Part shown: positions 36,051 through 45,743 of the stretch, one piece after another
Numbering within the stretch: the first letter of the stretch is position 1
How the letters are laid out: the number at the start of each line of letters is the position of its first letter
From: an uncultured Planctomycetaceae bacterium
GTDB taxonomy: Bacteria; Planctomycetota; Phycisphaerae; SM23-33
NCBI GenBank assembly: GCA_964480425.1
Contig: CAYZPY010000001.1
Span: 1-58,515, forward strand
DNA: 58,515 bases
Reading direction: 5' to 3'
Notes under the pieces: generated by a model
What the model was told of the DNA's origin: nothing
The model's input: only the letters and a program-made list of their open reading frames with translations
The model's database searches: none
Made by a program: the position numbers and the translations under genes

Positions 36051-37067
36051 TTATTGTGGTATTTTAGCGCCGGGTCGTGCGGCATGATTTTTTCGTCGTG
36101 CAGGCCTCAGCAGCACGCCCCAGCCCAGCAATCCGGCGGCCGCGTCGGTGGTTATCAGCATCAGGCGCAGCATGATCACCAGCATCGCGCTGTTTGCGGC
36201 GCCGATTACGTCCGTAAGCAGGATGATGTAGATGCTTTCCTGCACGCCTATCCCGGCCGGGGCGAAGAACGCCGCCACGCCCGCCACGGCGGCAAGGACC
36301 GTTGCCCCTGCCACCGGAAGCACGTCGCCCGCCGGCACGTCGGTAAGGGCGCAGGCGACCATCCACGTGGTGAAACACGCCGCGGCGTATCGCAGGGCGA
36401 CGTAACCCGCCCCGGCAAGGTACCAGCGCGGGTCGGGACGGATCGCCAAAGGCCTGCGCCGCAAACGCAGCAGAATCCAGTCGAGCACCCTGATGAACAC
36501 CGCCGGATGCAGAAACGCCACGCCGGCGACGATGACGGCGGCGGATAACAACCACCGAAGGGTCGAAAACTCCATTACCTCATGGAGGACCAGCAAAGGC
36601 AGCGCCAGTATCACGCCCAGGGCCACCGATATCGCGGTGGTCAGCACCGACAGCACCATCGCCACCGCCAGGCGTACGCCGTGGCGCACCAGCAGGACCG
36701 TCATGCCCACGCTGGCGCTGAACTTGACCGGAAGGTACCGCGCCAAAGAAGCGGTCCACGTAATGCCAGCCACCTGCCGCAGCGTCAGCCGCTGGTCGAA
36801 CGCCGTGATCATCGCCCTGTTGGCCTGGACGGTGAACAGGCGGTTGGCAAGCACGCCTGCTGCGGCGGCGGCAAGGTAAATGTAATCGATGCTGACGGTC
36901 GCCCAGCGGATATCGGCGAACCTCTTGTATATTTCCCTGCCCACGAAGTACACGATCACCGCGGTCAGCGCCAGGTTAATCGCGCCGAGGGCGAATCGTC
37001 TTTTTGCAGGCCTTGCGAGGTTGAACCGGCCTGGTGATTCGTTGTTGTCGTTTGTAGCGGGCGGCAT
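36051..37067 (-). CDS. Flippase-like membrane protein (LPG_synthase_TM / UPF0104 family), copy 1
   Basis: 338-aa ORF with ~8 TM segments. The N-terminal pattern (…LALTAVIVYFVGREIYKRFADIRW…) and C-terminal pattern (…APAGIGVQESIYIILL…) are as in MprF-type flippase domains. Confidence 0.75.
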   Translation of the reverse strand: MPPATNDNNESPGRFNLARPAKRRFALGAINLALTAVIVYFVGREIYKRFADIRWATVSIDYIYLAAAAAGVLANRLFTVQANRAMITAFDQRLTLRQVAGITWTASLARYLPVKFSASVGMTVLLVRHGVRLAVAMVLSVLTTAISVALGVILALPLLVLHEVMEFSTLRWLLSAAVIVAGVAFLHPAVFIRVLDWILLRLRRRPLAIRPDPRWYLAGAGYVALRYAAACFTTWMVACALTDVPAGDVLPVAGATVLAAVAGVAAFFAPAGIGVQESIYIILLTDVIGAANSAMLVIMLRLMLITTDAAAGLLGWGVLLRPARRKNHAARPGAKIPQ

Positions 37068-37177
37068 ATTTGTTTCTGCGTGCGAGTACGGGAAATTATA
37101 AGTTCCCTCGCCGGCGCGCCCAAGGCGATAAAAGTCCGGGCGCTATTGCGTTGTCCGCCGGCAAACTGCGCCGGCGG

Positions 37178-37831
37178 TCAGGATATGCGGATTTTCGCGA
37201 CCTGGGGCGGGGGGGCATTGTAGAGTTGGGGGAACCGCCGCCGCACTTTGCGTTTCAGTTCATCGGTCACCTTCAGGTCGAGGACCAGGACGTGTGAGAT
37301 TTGCGGGCATCGCCGGAACAGTTCGGCCCCAAACGGCAAGAACCGCGTTTCGCCGTGGACCGGGCCGTAGAATCGCAGCTCGGCGACGCTGTAGAGTCGC
37401 ACGTGCTCGGGTCGGTCCGACCAGGTTCGCATGCCCAAGAGTTTATTGATGCAGTCCCACGGCGAATGGCGGTTGGGCGTGATGGTTACTATCCGCCCGC
37501 CGCACCTGGTGATGCGGATCCATTCCGCCAGGGCCGGTCGTGTCGTGTGCTCCAGCACCGCGCACGCCCAGACCGCGTCGAAGGTGTCGTCAACGAAGGG
37601 CGTCCGGGCGCAGTGCGCCGCCACACGCGTTCCGGAAAGGTTCGCCAGCGCCTCTTTGCGAATGTCCAGCGAGATTACCCCGTTAGTCCCGCGGTTAAGG
37701 TGGCTATGGAACAGTCCCTTCCCGCAGCCGCAATCCAGTATTCGCCCGCGCAACTGCCCCGCCAGCGATACGCGCAGTTTCGAGTCGAAAGATTGCATGA
37801 TTTCATCTCTGTGGACGATAATTTTCGTCAT
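37178..37831 (-). CDS. Class I SAM-dependent methyltransferase
   Basis: SAM motif I is ILDCGCGKG, followed by FDAVWACAVLEHT. I prefer the ATG at 37831 (MTKIIVHRDE…), because the ORF-track start at 37882 is a TTG. Confidence 0.85.
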   Translation of the reverse strand: MTKIIVHRDEIMQSFDSKLRVSLAGQLRGRILDCGCGKGLFHSHLNRGTNGVISLDIRKEALANLSGTRVAAHCARTPFVDDTFDAVWACAVLEHTTRPALAEWIRITRCGGRIVTITPNRHSPWDCINKLLGMRTWSDRPEHVRLYSVAELRFYGPVHGETRFLPFGAELFRRCPQISHVLVLDLKVTDELKRKVRRRFPQLYNAPPPQVAKIRIS

Positions 37832-37918
37832 CGTCGGCTCACCAGGCGCGACGGCGTTCCACGCCGCGGTGTAATAAAGCAACGGCCAAAAAGTCGGCGG
37901 CCCGCCTTGCCGCTTCCG

Positions 37919-39643
37919 CTAATGCCCGGCGGTGTTTTCGACGCCCGGCACGCTCCTGACCTGCACGGGTGCGGATGTATCCAGTTCGATGCGCACGAGA
38001 TTGTCGTTTTTCAGTTCGTAAAGTTCGAAATAAGGCCCGGGGGGCGGGACCTTTCGGCCGGTCAACATCTCGTGCAGACGCCTCGAGCGAAAGTGCCACA
38101 GGCGCCACGGCACCACCGGGGGACGGTAAACGTAATATTTTACGGAGTTGTCCCTCAGCCACAATCGCAGTTTGGTTCTGTGCGGCTGGTCGGAGATGTT
38201 TTTCGGCACGACGCGCACGGTGCGGTTTGTGAGTAAGTTCAGCGCGCGGAGGGCGAAGGAATTCGCCTTTCTTGTGCCGAGGTTCACGTAGTTGTATCCC
38301 ACGGCGACTTCGTCGTCGCCTACCGCGGCGCTGCGAAGCACTTTGGCCGCCCTGACCAGCGAGTCGCATTGCCCGGCGTGATACGCCCCGTAGAAGTCGC
38401 CCCGTCGGATGACCCACGCGCTTATGCCCCAAAGGGGCAGGTTGCACAACACGATGCTCGCCACAAACGCCCCCGCCAATCCGCGCCAGGTCATCGTCCA
38501 CCATCGGCGTGGTATGACCGCCCCTACCGAGGCGGCGCCCCTTGTCACACCCAGTATCCACAGCGGAGCTATAGGCGCAAGGTACCGGGTGTTCGCCCGC
38601 ATCCAGATGAAAAAAAGGATCACCAGGTAAACCAGCGCGCCCGCCCACATCCAGTTTAATTTTCTGACCCGGCAAAGCGCGTCAACGGCGAACATCGCGG
38701 TGACCAGCCAGCCCAGCGCGCAGGCGACGAACGCCGACACGGGCAGGTGATTTGTCATCTGTGCAGGCGGCCAGAAAAAATGCCCCAGCCAGTCTCCCGA
38801 TCGCGCCAGTCGGCGTTTGAATTTGCACATTTCCTGCTCGCTGTCGGGCACGACCCTTTTTTTAATGTTCTTGGGTCTGCTGTAGGTGGTCTCGATGGAT
38901 GTTAACTTGTCGATTTTAAGACGGGTCTCGGTACGTGCGAGCCCGGCCAGCGCGTTGTTTTTAACCACGGTGCGCAGTGCGAAGAACGACACCAGCATTG
39001 TGGCGGCGGTAAGCAGTGCCGCCAGCCACTGCCTGTCGAGACGGGGGGTAATACGCCCTGCCAGCAGCGCGGCGACAACCAGCGGGCCGAATATTATCCC
39101 CGCCCACCTGATGGCGGGCAGCGCCGCCGCCAGCAGGATAATCGCACCCATGCGCAGGGGGGACCGCTCGCCCTGGGCGAACTGTACGCCCAGCAGGAGG
39201 CACCCGGCCATTATCAGCGAGAAGAACGCGTCGCTGTACGGCTTGTTGGAGAGATAAAAGCAGTTATAAAGCAGGGCGGACAGGAGCACCAGTCCGAACG
39301 CTTTTTGGGGCGATACAAACCGGCACAGGATGCGATGCCACAGGGTCAACGCGCCCGTCATGCATGCCAGCGGCACGGCGTTGAGAAACGCAAAGGACGG
39401 GCTGATTCGCATCAGGCCCGCCAGCATAAAAGGCCAAAGCGGCGCGGCGGGCACGACAGGAAGGTTGTTGAAGGTGTATCCCCGGCCCTGGAAGATGTTT
39501 CTGGCCAGGGACAGGTAGAAGGTGCTGTCGCTGGCGGGTATCCACTGCCCGGTCCACAGCGGGGCGTAAAGGACCGCCGCCGACGCCGCAGTGATGAGTG
39601 TCCAGCGGGCTGTGGGGCGACTGTGGGTTTTTATCGGTTCCAT
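37919..39643 (-). CDS. GT-C fold glycosyltransferase (PMT_2 / ArnT-like), copy b
   Basis: 574-aa polytopic ORF. Its loop motif QWIPASDSTFYLSLARNIFQGRGYTF parallels copy a. It has a large soluble C-terminal domain. Confidence 0.78.
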   Translation of the reverse strand: MEPIKTHSRPTARWTLITAASAAVLYAPLWTGQWIPASDSTFYLSLARNIFQGRGYTFNNLPVVPAAPLWPFMLAGLMRISPSFAFLNAVPLACMTGALTLWHRILCRFVSPQKAFGLVLLSALLYNCFYLSNKPYSDAFFSLIMAGCLLLGVQFAQGERSPLRMGAIILLAAALPAIRWAGIIFGPLVVAALLAGRITPRLDRQWLAALLTAATMLVSFFALRTVVKNNALAGLARTETRLKIDKLTSIETTYSRPKNIKKRVVPDSEQEMCKFKRRLARSGDWLGHFFWPPAQMTNHLPVSAFVACALGWLVTAMFAVDALCRVRKLNWMWAGALVYLVILFFIWMRANTRYLAPIAPLWILGVTRGAASVGAVIPRRWWTMTWRGLAGAFVASIVLCNLPLWGISAWVIRRGDFYGAYHAGQCDSLVRAAKVLRSAAVGDDEVAVGYNYVNLGTRKANSFALRALNLLTNRTVRVVPKNISDQPHRTKLRLWLRDNSVKYYVYRPPVVPWRLWHFRSRRLHEMLTGRKVPPPGPYFELYELKNDNLVRIELDTSAPVQVRSVPGVENTAGH

Positions 39644-39695
39644 TGTCTGATTCTTTTTTGTCCGCGGCGCGATGGTGAAATATTTCGCACGCGCC

Positions 39696-41411
39696 TCACA
39701 GGGGCGATTTGCCCTGGGCGACGCGGATTATGGTGTTATACATGAATTCCATTACGTCCTGACTGTCGTTGAGCAGTTTCCGGCGTCTGCGCGTCCACAG
39801 GTCCGCCGAGCGGGGGTCTTGTAGAATTCGCTCTGCCCGGACTACGCCTTCGCTGAGCGAATCCAGGTTGACCACCAGTGAGTAATCGCGCTGGAGTGCG
39901 TAAATGTACCCGGTCTTGAGCTTGTTGCAGTATACCGAGGGCACGCCGAGGGCGGCGGCCTCGGCGGCCATGCTGCCCCCGTCGCCGATGTAGAGGCGCG
40001 CCCCGGCCAGTATGTCGTGCATGTGGTGGGGCGCTATATTGCATTTGTATTTGTCCAGGGGCGCGCTGAGCGGCAATTCGGACGTTATAAGCACCCTCGC
40101 ATATTTCGAGAGACGATTAACCACCTCGACGATTTGTCCTTTTGTGGGTCCTGACAGTCCGATGTCGTGCCCCGCCTGCCAGGCGACCAGTCGGAAAATT
40201 ATATACGGCTTGTCCTGGCCAAGCCCGTACCTGACCGGTATGCCCGGGTCCGGTTTGAAATATTTCGGCGACAGGTATGACAGGTGCGGCGTGCCGCGGT
40301 ACCTGATATGTCCCGGGTCGTGGTTCCTTAAGTATCCCGAGCCCGTGCATATGTAATCGGCGAACCGCGGTCCGATTTCCATCTCGAACTTGGCGTGTTC
40401 GGTGTCCTGAAACACAATAGAGGACGTACCCAGTATCCTTGCGATGGGCGAAAACCACAACCCCGTGCGATCAACCATGACGTGAGGTCTGAATCGTCTT
40501 GCCACGATCAGCAGTCTTATCGCCCGGAACGACAGCTCCAGACCCAAGGCCATCAGCCCGGGGCGCTGGTGTGAGAGGCACACGTTTGGAATATCGTATT
40601 GTTCCAGCAGTTCGAGAGTGATGTCCTTTTTTCGCGAGGTCACCAGCACGCGATGCCCGGCCTGTTCGAGTCGCTTTATGCAGTTTTTGAAGAAGTGAAC
40701 TTGTGCCGGGTGCGTAACGTCGAACATTATCCTCAGCCCGCCCGCCCCGCTCGCCGTTGCCCGCGTGGCGAAGGGCTTTCCCGACGCGGCGCGCACCGTC
40801 GCCGGTCTGGGTCTGGCCTGAACCACCAGCCAGGGGAAAGGACAGGACACTTCCCGGACGTCGGCGTATCGGCTTACGAATCTGACGAATGAGCGCTTGG
40901 ACCAGTGCTGCACGTGTCCGGGCGTGTTGCCCGCATCGCTGAGGTGCATCCCCCGCAGCATGTTGCAGATTCGCCATATCGGCTCGCGGGGGACGCTCAG
41001 GATAATACGCTCCCTGGCCACGCGGCAGAGTTCGCGCATGCCCGCCTCGGGGTCGTCGAGGTGTTCGAGCACCTGCGAGCAGACTGCGGTGTCGAACGAA
41101 TCGTCGCCGAAGGGCAAATCGTAAATCGAGCCCTCGACCGCCCTGACGTGCGGGGAGCATTTTTTGAGTCTTGGCAGGCACTGGGGGTTGATTTCCAGGG
41201 CGGTTACGCCGCGCCTGAGGGTCCGGGGCGAAAAGAACCGGTAATGGTCGCCCTCGGCGGCGCCCACGTCGAGAATCTCCCCGGTGGCGCGGTCCAGCAT
41301 GCGCTGGAATCTCTTAAAGAACCTCCGCAGCAGCAGACGCTCCAGCGGATGGGTGGTGGCGTACTTGCTTTCTATCATCTCGACGGATTGCTGTTTGGTT
41401 TGGCTTGTCAT
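39696..41411 (-). CDS. Bifunctional fusion: N-terminal SAM methyltransferase (Methyltransf_11-like) plus C-terminal DUF354 (GT-B / epimerase-like) domain
   Basis: 571-aa ORF. The N-terminal part has ILDVGAAEGD…FDTAVCSQVLEHL. The DUF354-type start MFDVTHPAQVHFFKNCIKRLEQAGHRVLVTSRKKDITLELLEQYDIP begins near aa 219. Confidence 0.8.
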   Translation of the reverse strand: MTSQTKQQSVEMIESKYATTHPLERLLLRRFFKRFQRMLDRATGEILDVGAAEGDHYRFFSPRTLRRGVTALEINPQCLPRLKKCSPHVRAVEGSIYDLPFGDDSFDTAVCSQVLEHLDDPEAGMRELCRVARERIILSVPREPIWRICNMLRGMHLSDAGNTPGHVQHWSKRSFVRFVSRYADVREVSCPFPWLVVQARPRPATVRAASGKPFATRATASGAGGLRIMFDVTHPAQVHFFKNCIKRLEQAGHRVLVTSRKKDITLELLEQYDIPNVCLSHQRPGLMALGLELSFRAIRLLIVARRFRPHVMVDRTGLWFSPIARILGTSSIVFQDTEHAKFEMEIGPRFADYICTGSGYLRNHDPGHIRYRGTPHLSYLSPKYFKPDPGIPVRYGLGQDKPYIIFRLVAWQAGHDIGLSGPTKGQIVEVVNRLSKYARVLITSELPLSAPLDKYKCNIAPHHMHDILAGARLYIGDGGSMAAEAAALGVPSVYCNKLKTGYIYALQRDYSLVVNLDSLSEGVVRAERILQDPRSADLWTRRRRKLLNDSQDVMEFMYNTIIRVAQGKSPL

Positions 41412-41414
41412 TTT

Positions 41415-42527
41415 TTATTCGGCCCGCGCCGCGCCGGGCGCGCCGGCGCGACGTGCGGGCTTTTTTATCCTCGCCGCCACCAGCAGTATCGCTCCGACTA
41501 CGGCCAGGAGTATGTCCGCCGTTGTCCTGAACAGTCTCATGCCCACCGCAAGCATGGCGGCGTGCACGCCGACCATCGGGGTGAACAGCGCCAGTATGGC
41601 GAACTCCTGTATACCAATGCCGGCCGGTATGAACAAGACCATGAATCCCAGCGTGTTTCCAAGCGCAAGCGCCGAGACGCAGGTCGCAAGCAGCCGGGGG
41701 GATATTTCGCCCAGCGATCGCGCCATCAGCCATACCCCCGCGCCCATCAGGACGAACTGCACCAGCAGCGCCGCGGCGGGCGCGATGTAATTGCGGAACC
41801 CCGGCAGGGTCTGGATGGGCGCCATTCCCAGTCGCTTAAGGGCGAAGTTCATCATCGCCGAGAATATCCGCGGATGGAGGCACGCCAGTGCGATAATCAT
41901 CAGCGCCGGGCACCACGCCCACGCCAGCGGCAGCCGGCGCGCGTATGGACCCCACAGCATCAGCGGAAAGCCCGTCAGCAGCCCCACCACGATGTAAAGC
42001 CCGTCGGTGATTATTATGCTGCCAAGCGCGCTTTTGGAGTCCACCCCGTGCGTCCTGAGGTAATACACCATTCCCAGCGGGCTGGCGACCTTGCCCGGCA
42101 CGTATTTGCCCAGCTGTGCCACCATTATTCCCCCCGCCAGTGCTCCCCAGGGCAGATCCCTGCATAGTCGCCTGAGCATCAGAATGTACGCCAGGGGAAG
42201 GATGCTCCACGCCGCCACAACGCACCCCAGCGACGCCAGCAGATACGGGATGCTCACCTCGAGGCGTTCCCAAGATATCCGCCCCAACTGGTCCGCCAGC
42301 GCCCTTGCCACGAAATACGCCACCACGGCGAAGACGGCGATCTTCAGCATTATTATTGCGATTCTGGCGGGCCAGGAGCGTTTCTTTTTGACCTCGGCGC
42401 CCGCCGGGTGCGTCTGACCCTGCGGGAGCGTGTGTTTGCGTTCGTCGCGGTCCGGCTGATTGGCGTTTGTCTGCATGATAAGCACTTGCGGCGCGTGTCG
42501 GGGCGGCGGGCTGGATTCATTCGACAT
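41415..42527 (-). CDS. Flippase-like membrane protein (LPG_synthase_TM / UPF0104 family), copy 2
   Basis: 370-aa ORF with ~8 TM segments (…IPAGIGIQEFAILALF…). It overlaps the GT2 stop by 11 nt, and there is a 3-nt gap to the next gene. Confidence 0.75.
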   Translation of the reverse strand: MSNESSPPPRHAPQVLIMQTNANQPDRDERKHTLPQGQTHPAGAEVKKKRSWPARIAIIMLKIAVFAVVAYFVARALADQLGRISWERLEVSIPYLLASLGCVVAAWSILPLAYILMLRRLCRDLPWGALAGGIMVAQLGKYVPGKVASPLGMVYYLRTHGVDSKSALGSIIITDGLYIVVGLLTGFPLMLWGPYARRLPLAWAWCPALMIIALACLHPRIFSAMMNFALKRLGMAPIQTLPGFRNYIAPAAALLVQFVLMGAGVWLMARSLGEISPRLLATCVSALALGNTLGFMVLFIPAGIGIQEFAILALFTPMVGVHAAMLAVGMRLFRTTADILLAVVGAILLVAARIKKPARRAGAPGAARAE

Positions 42528-43566
42528 TATCGCCGGGTGTTTTTTCGGCGCGGGATTTTACCGGGGCGTGTCCGGATTGCGGGCTGCCCAGCGAACTGCT
42601 CCTGAGAGTGCGGTCCAGACTGCGGTTGCTTTCCATGTCGAACCACATCGCGAACAGTGTGAACTGGATGAAACTTATGGTGCAGAACACCCACGCCAGG
42701 GCGTTGAGAGGCGGAATCTCCCCGGCGGATATCCAGATCCAGATCATTCGCACGAACAGCACAAAACCCAGCACGGTCAGCGTCATTCCGCACAGATAAA
42801 AGAACACCAGCGGGTGAAAATCGTGGACGACGTATTTGCGCCACATCCGCCGGCAGAAACTTTTGAATATCAACCACGTCATGCGGGGGACGACCGCGGC
42901 CAGGCGCATCTTGGAGACCTCCCCGACGTTGTAGATGGGCTTGAGCGGCACGTCCGCCACGCGGAAGTTATAAATGTTCAGGCGCACCAGCAGGTCGTTG
43001 GGGTATCCGTATCCGTGATACAGGTCGTCCAGGTCGATGGTCTCAAGCGCCTCGAGACTGATGGCGGTGAAGCCGGTCTGGGAATCGGCAATGTGCCAGT
43101 ATCCGCTGGCTATCTTGGTGAGCATGGACAGGAAGGCGTTGCCCAGGTAGCGTTTTGTGGGGATCAGTTCCCACGCCTTGCGGTAGTAGAGGCGATTTGC
43201 CTTTGCGTAGTCTGCCTGCCCCTTTGCCACCGGCGCGACGATGAACCTCAACTGCCTGGGGTCCATCTGCCCGTCTCCGGCCATCACAGCGGCGACTTCG
43301 ATGCGGCGACTTATCGCCTCCCGGTATCCGGTGCGGACGGCGGCGCCGACACCTTGGTTCTTCTCGTGGCGGATCAGCAACATCCTGTCGGCGGCGCTAT
43401 TGTCCCGGATGTGCCGCTCGACGACGTCGGCGGTCTGGTCCGTGCTGGCGTCGTCAACCACGATAACCGCGTCCACGAAGCGGGGCATGCTCTCCAGAAC
43501 GCCGGGGACCTGGTCCTGTTCGTTGTGGCACGGGACGACGACGGCTATTGTTTTGCCTTCATACAT
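42517..43566 (-). CDS. GT2 polyprenyl-phosphate glycosyltransferase (GtrB / ArnC / DPM1-like) with two C-terminal TM helices
   Basis: 349-aa ORF with VVVPCHNE, VVDDASTD, HEKNQGVGAAVRTGY and MAGDGQMDP. The C-terminal hydrophobic pair is FHPLVFFYLCGMTLTVLGFVLFV and LAWVFCTISFIQFTLFAMW. Confidence 0.9.
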   Translation of the reverse strand: MYEGKTIAVVVPCHNEQDQVPGVLESMPRFVDAVIVVDDASTDQTADVVERHIRDNSAADRMLLIRHEKNQGVGAAVRTGYREAISRRIEVAAVMAGDGQMDPRQLRFIVAPVAKGQADYAKANRLYYRKAWELIPTKRYLGNAFLSMLTKIASGYWHIADSQTGFTAISLEALETIDLDDLYHGYGYPNDLLVRLNIYNFRVADVPLKPIYNVGEVSKMRLAAVVPRMTWLIFKSFCRRMWRKYVVHDFHPLVFFYLCGMTLTVLGFVLFVRMIWIWISAGEIPPLNALAWVFCTISFIQFTLFAMWFDMESNRSLDRTLRSSSLGSPQSGHAPVKSRAEKTPGDNVE

Positions 43567-43776
43567 GGCTGACGCATTAAACGGATGAATTTGCCCTGAA
43601 TCGCTTAATAAAATCTCCGTCTCGGCAAGCGTGCGAATACTATCGCCGGGCGGGTGATTTTACAAGACGTAATCCCGCCTACGGCGCCGGGGGGGGCGAA
43701 TATTTGCATTGCCGGGCGAACGTTATTATCATTCCGGATCCCGGTCCGGCGGGACGGAGCGTAAATTCGGATTGGC

Positions 43777-44910
43777 ATGAAACCTTACCGTATTTGTACA
43801 AGGTGCGTCAGCGACACTTCCCTTCCGGGAATAAGGTTCGACCCGGCGGGCGTTTGTCAGTATTGCCGCGCGCACGACGAACTGGAAAAACGCTACCCGC
43901 TCGGCGCCGAGGGCGAGCGCCGCCTAAAAAGACTGGTGGAAAAAATAAAGCGCGCCGGGCGGAAAAAGCCCTACGACTGCATCGTGGGGGTAAGCGGCGG
44001 CAGGGACAGCACATATTCGCTCTACCGCGCGGTGCAGGTTGGCCTTAGGCCCCTGGCGGTCCACTTCGACAACGGGTGGGACATAGAACTGGCCGTGCGC
44101 AACATAAAGAACGCCTGCACCAGACTCAACGTGGACCTGTACACGCACGTGGCCGACTGGGAAGAGTTCAAGGACCTCCAGATCGCATTCCTGGAGGCGT
44201 CCGTTCCCGAGGCGGAGATACCCACGGACGTTGCGATTCACGGCGCGCTTCACCAGGCGGCGGCGCGCGAGGGCGTCAGGTACGTGGTAATCGGGCACTC
44301 ATTTAGAACCGAGGGCATCGCGCCCATCGAATGGACGTATATGGACGGAAGGTACATCCGCAGCATCCGTCGAAGGTTCGGCCGGAAAAAACAAAAAACC
44401 GTGCCGAATTTCACCATCGGGCAGTATTTGTATTACAACGTCATCAGGCGCATAAAGGCGGTTCCCATTCTGAATTACGGGCGCTACCGCCACGACGAGG
44501 TGATGAGACTGCTGGAGGACGAACTCGACTGGAAATATTACGGCGGGCACCATCACGAATCCTCATACACGCACTTCGTCCAGACCGCGCTGTTCGGGCC
44601 TAAGTTCGACATAGACAAGCGACGCCTGGAACTGTCGGCACTGGTGCGCTCCGGACAGCGCACGCGAGACGAGGCGCTTCAGGAACTGCGGACCCAGACG
44701 TACGAAGCCGACGAGGAACTCGTCCAGTACGTTCTGAACAAGCTGGGCCTGACGCGCGACCGGTGGGAGGAGATACTCTTGGCCCCGCCCAAGTCCTTCC
44801 ACGACTACCCCAGTTACTATCCCTTCATCCGGGCGTTTCGGCGCCCGCTGAAACTGGCATGCAAACTCGGACTGCTTTCGCCTATACTTTACTTCAAGTA
44901 CCTGGACTAA
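43777..44910 (+). CDS. N-acetyl sugar amidotransferase (WbpG/WbuX/PseA-type PP-loop ATPase)
   Basis: 377-aa ORF with an N-terminal zinc ribbon (CTRCVSDTS…GVCQYC) and the PP-loop VGVSGGRDSTY. Confidence 0.88.
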   Translation: MKPYRICTRCVSDTSLPGIRFDPAGVCQYCRAHDELEKRYPLGAEGERRLKRLVEKIKRAGRKKPYDCIVGVSGGRDSTYSLYRAVQVGLRPLAVHFDNGWDIELAVRNIKNACTRLNVDLYTHVADWEEFKDLQIAFLEASVPEAEIPTDVAIHGALHQAAAREGVRYVVIGHSFRTEGIAPIEWTYMDGRYIRSIRRRFGRKKQKTVPNFTIGQYLYYNVIRRIKAVPILNYGRYRHDEVMRLLEDELDWKYYGGHHHESSYTHFVQTALFGPKFDIDKRRLELSALVRSGQRTRDEALQELRTQTYEADEELVQYVLNKLGLTRDRWEEILLAPPKSFHDYPSYYPFIRAFRRPLKLACKLGLLSPILYFKYLD

Positions 44911-44962
44911 GCGCGGCGATTTATTACGGCGCGCAAAGGTGCGACGGCCGCGATATCCGAAA

Positions 44963-45742
44963 ATGGTCAAGGTCAGAGTAATCCCCTGCCTGCTGCTCAA
45001 AGATACGGGAATGGTCAAGACCACCCGTTTCGAGGACCCGGTGTACCTCGGCGACGCCATCAACATCGTCAAACTCTTCAACGACATGGAGGTCGACGAA
45101 CTGGGCGTGCTTGACATATCCGCCGGACCCGACGGGCGCGGGCCTGACTTGAACCTGCTTTCCAGCATCGCATCCAACGCATTCATGCCGCTCAGCTACG
45201 GCGGGGGCGTCGCCCGCCTGGACGACGCCCGCGAGGTCCTGCAACTGGGCTTCGAGAAGGTCATCATCGGCACGGCGGCAGTGGAGAATCCGGACCTCGT
45301 CAACCATGCTGCCGAAGAATTCGGCGCCCAGAGCGTGGTGGTCTCCATAGACGTGCGCAAGCGCCTTTTCGGGCGGTACGAAGTGTGCGTAGCCGGGGGC
45401 AGGCGCAAGACGGGCAGGGAACCCGTCGCACACGCCGTGGAGATGGCGCGCCGCGGGGCCGGGGAAATCCTGCTCACCTCGGTGGACCGCGACGGCACGA
45501 TGTCCGGATACGACTTGGAACTTATACGACAGGTTTCAGACGCGGTGGATATTCCCGTAATCGCATCAGGCGGGGCGGGCAACGTGGAGCACTTCGCACA
45601 GGCGGTGCGACAGGGCGGGGCCTCTGCGGTGGCGGCGGCGAGTTGTTTCGTATTCCATGGCCGCAGGAGGGCTGTGCTGGTGAACTACCCCCAAAGGGAC
45701 GAACTGCGCAAGGTTTTCAGTTCCGACAATAATAGTACTTAA
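44963..45742 (+). CDS. HisF-like cyclase subunit (WbuZ / HisF2-type glycosyl amidation-associated protein)
   Basis: The ATG at 44963 gives MVKVRVIPCLLLKD…; other motifs are VDELGVLDISA, VSIDV, GAGEILLTSVDRDGTMSGYD and IPVIASGGAG. The ORF-track start at 44939 is a GTG. Confidence 0.9.
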   Translation: MVKVRVIPCLLLKDTGMVKTTRFEDPVYLGDAINIVKLFNDMEVDELGVLDISAGPDGRGPDLNLLSSIASNAFMPLSYGGGVARLDDAREVLQLGFEKVIIGTAAVENPDLVNHAAEEFGAQSVVVSIDVRKRLFGRYEVCVAGGRRKTGREPVAHAVEMARRGAGEILLTSVDRDGTMSGYDLELIRQVSDAVDIPVIASGGAGNVEHFAQAVRQGGASAVAAASCFVFHGRRRAVLVNYPQRDELRKVFSSDNNST

Positions 45743-45743
45743 T

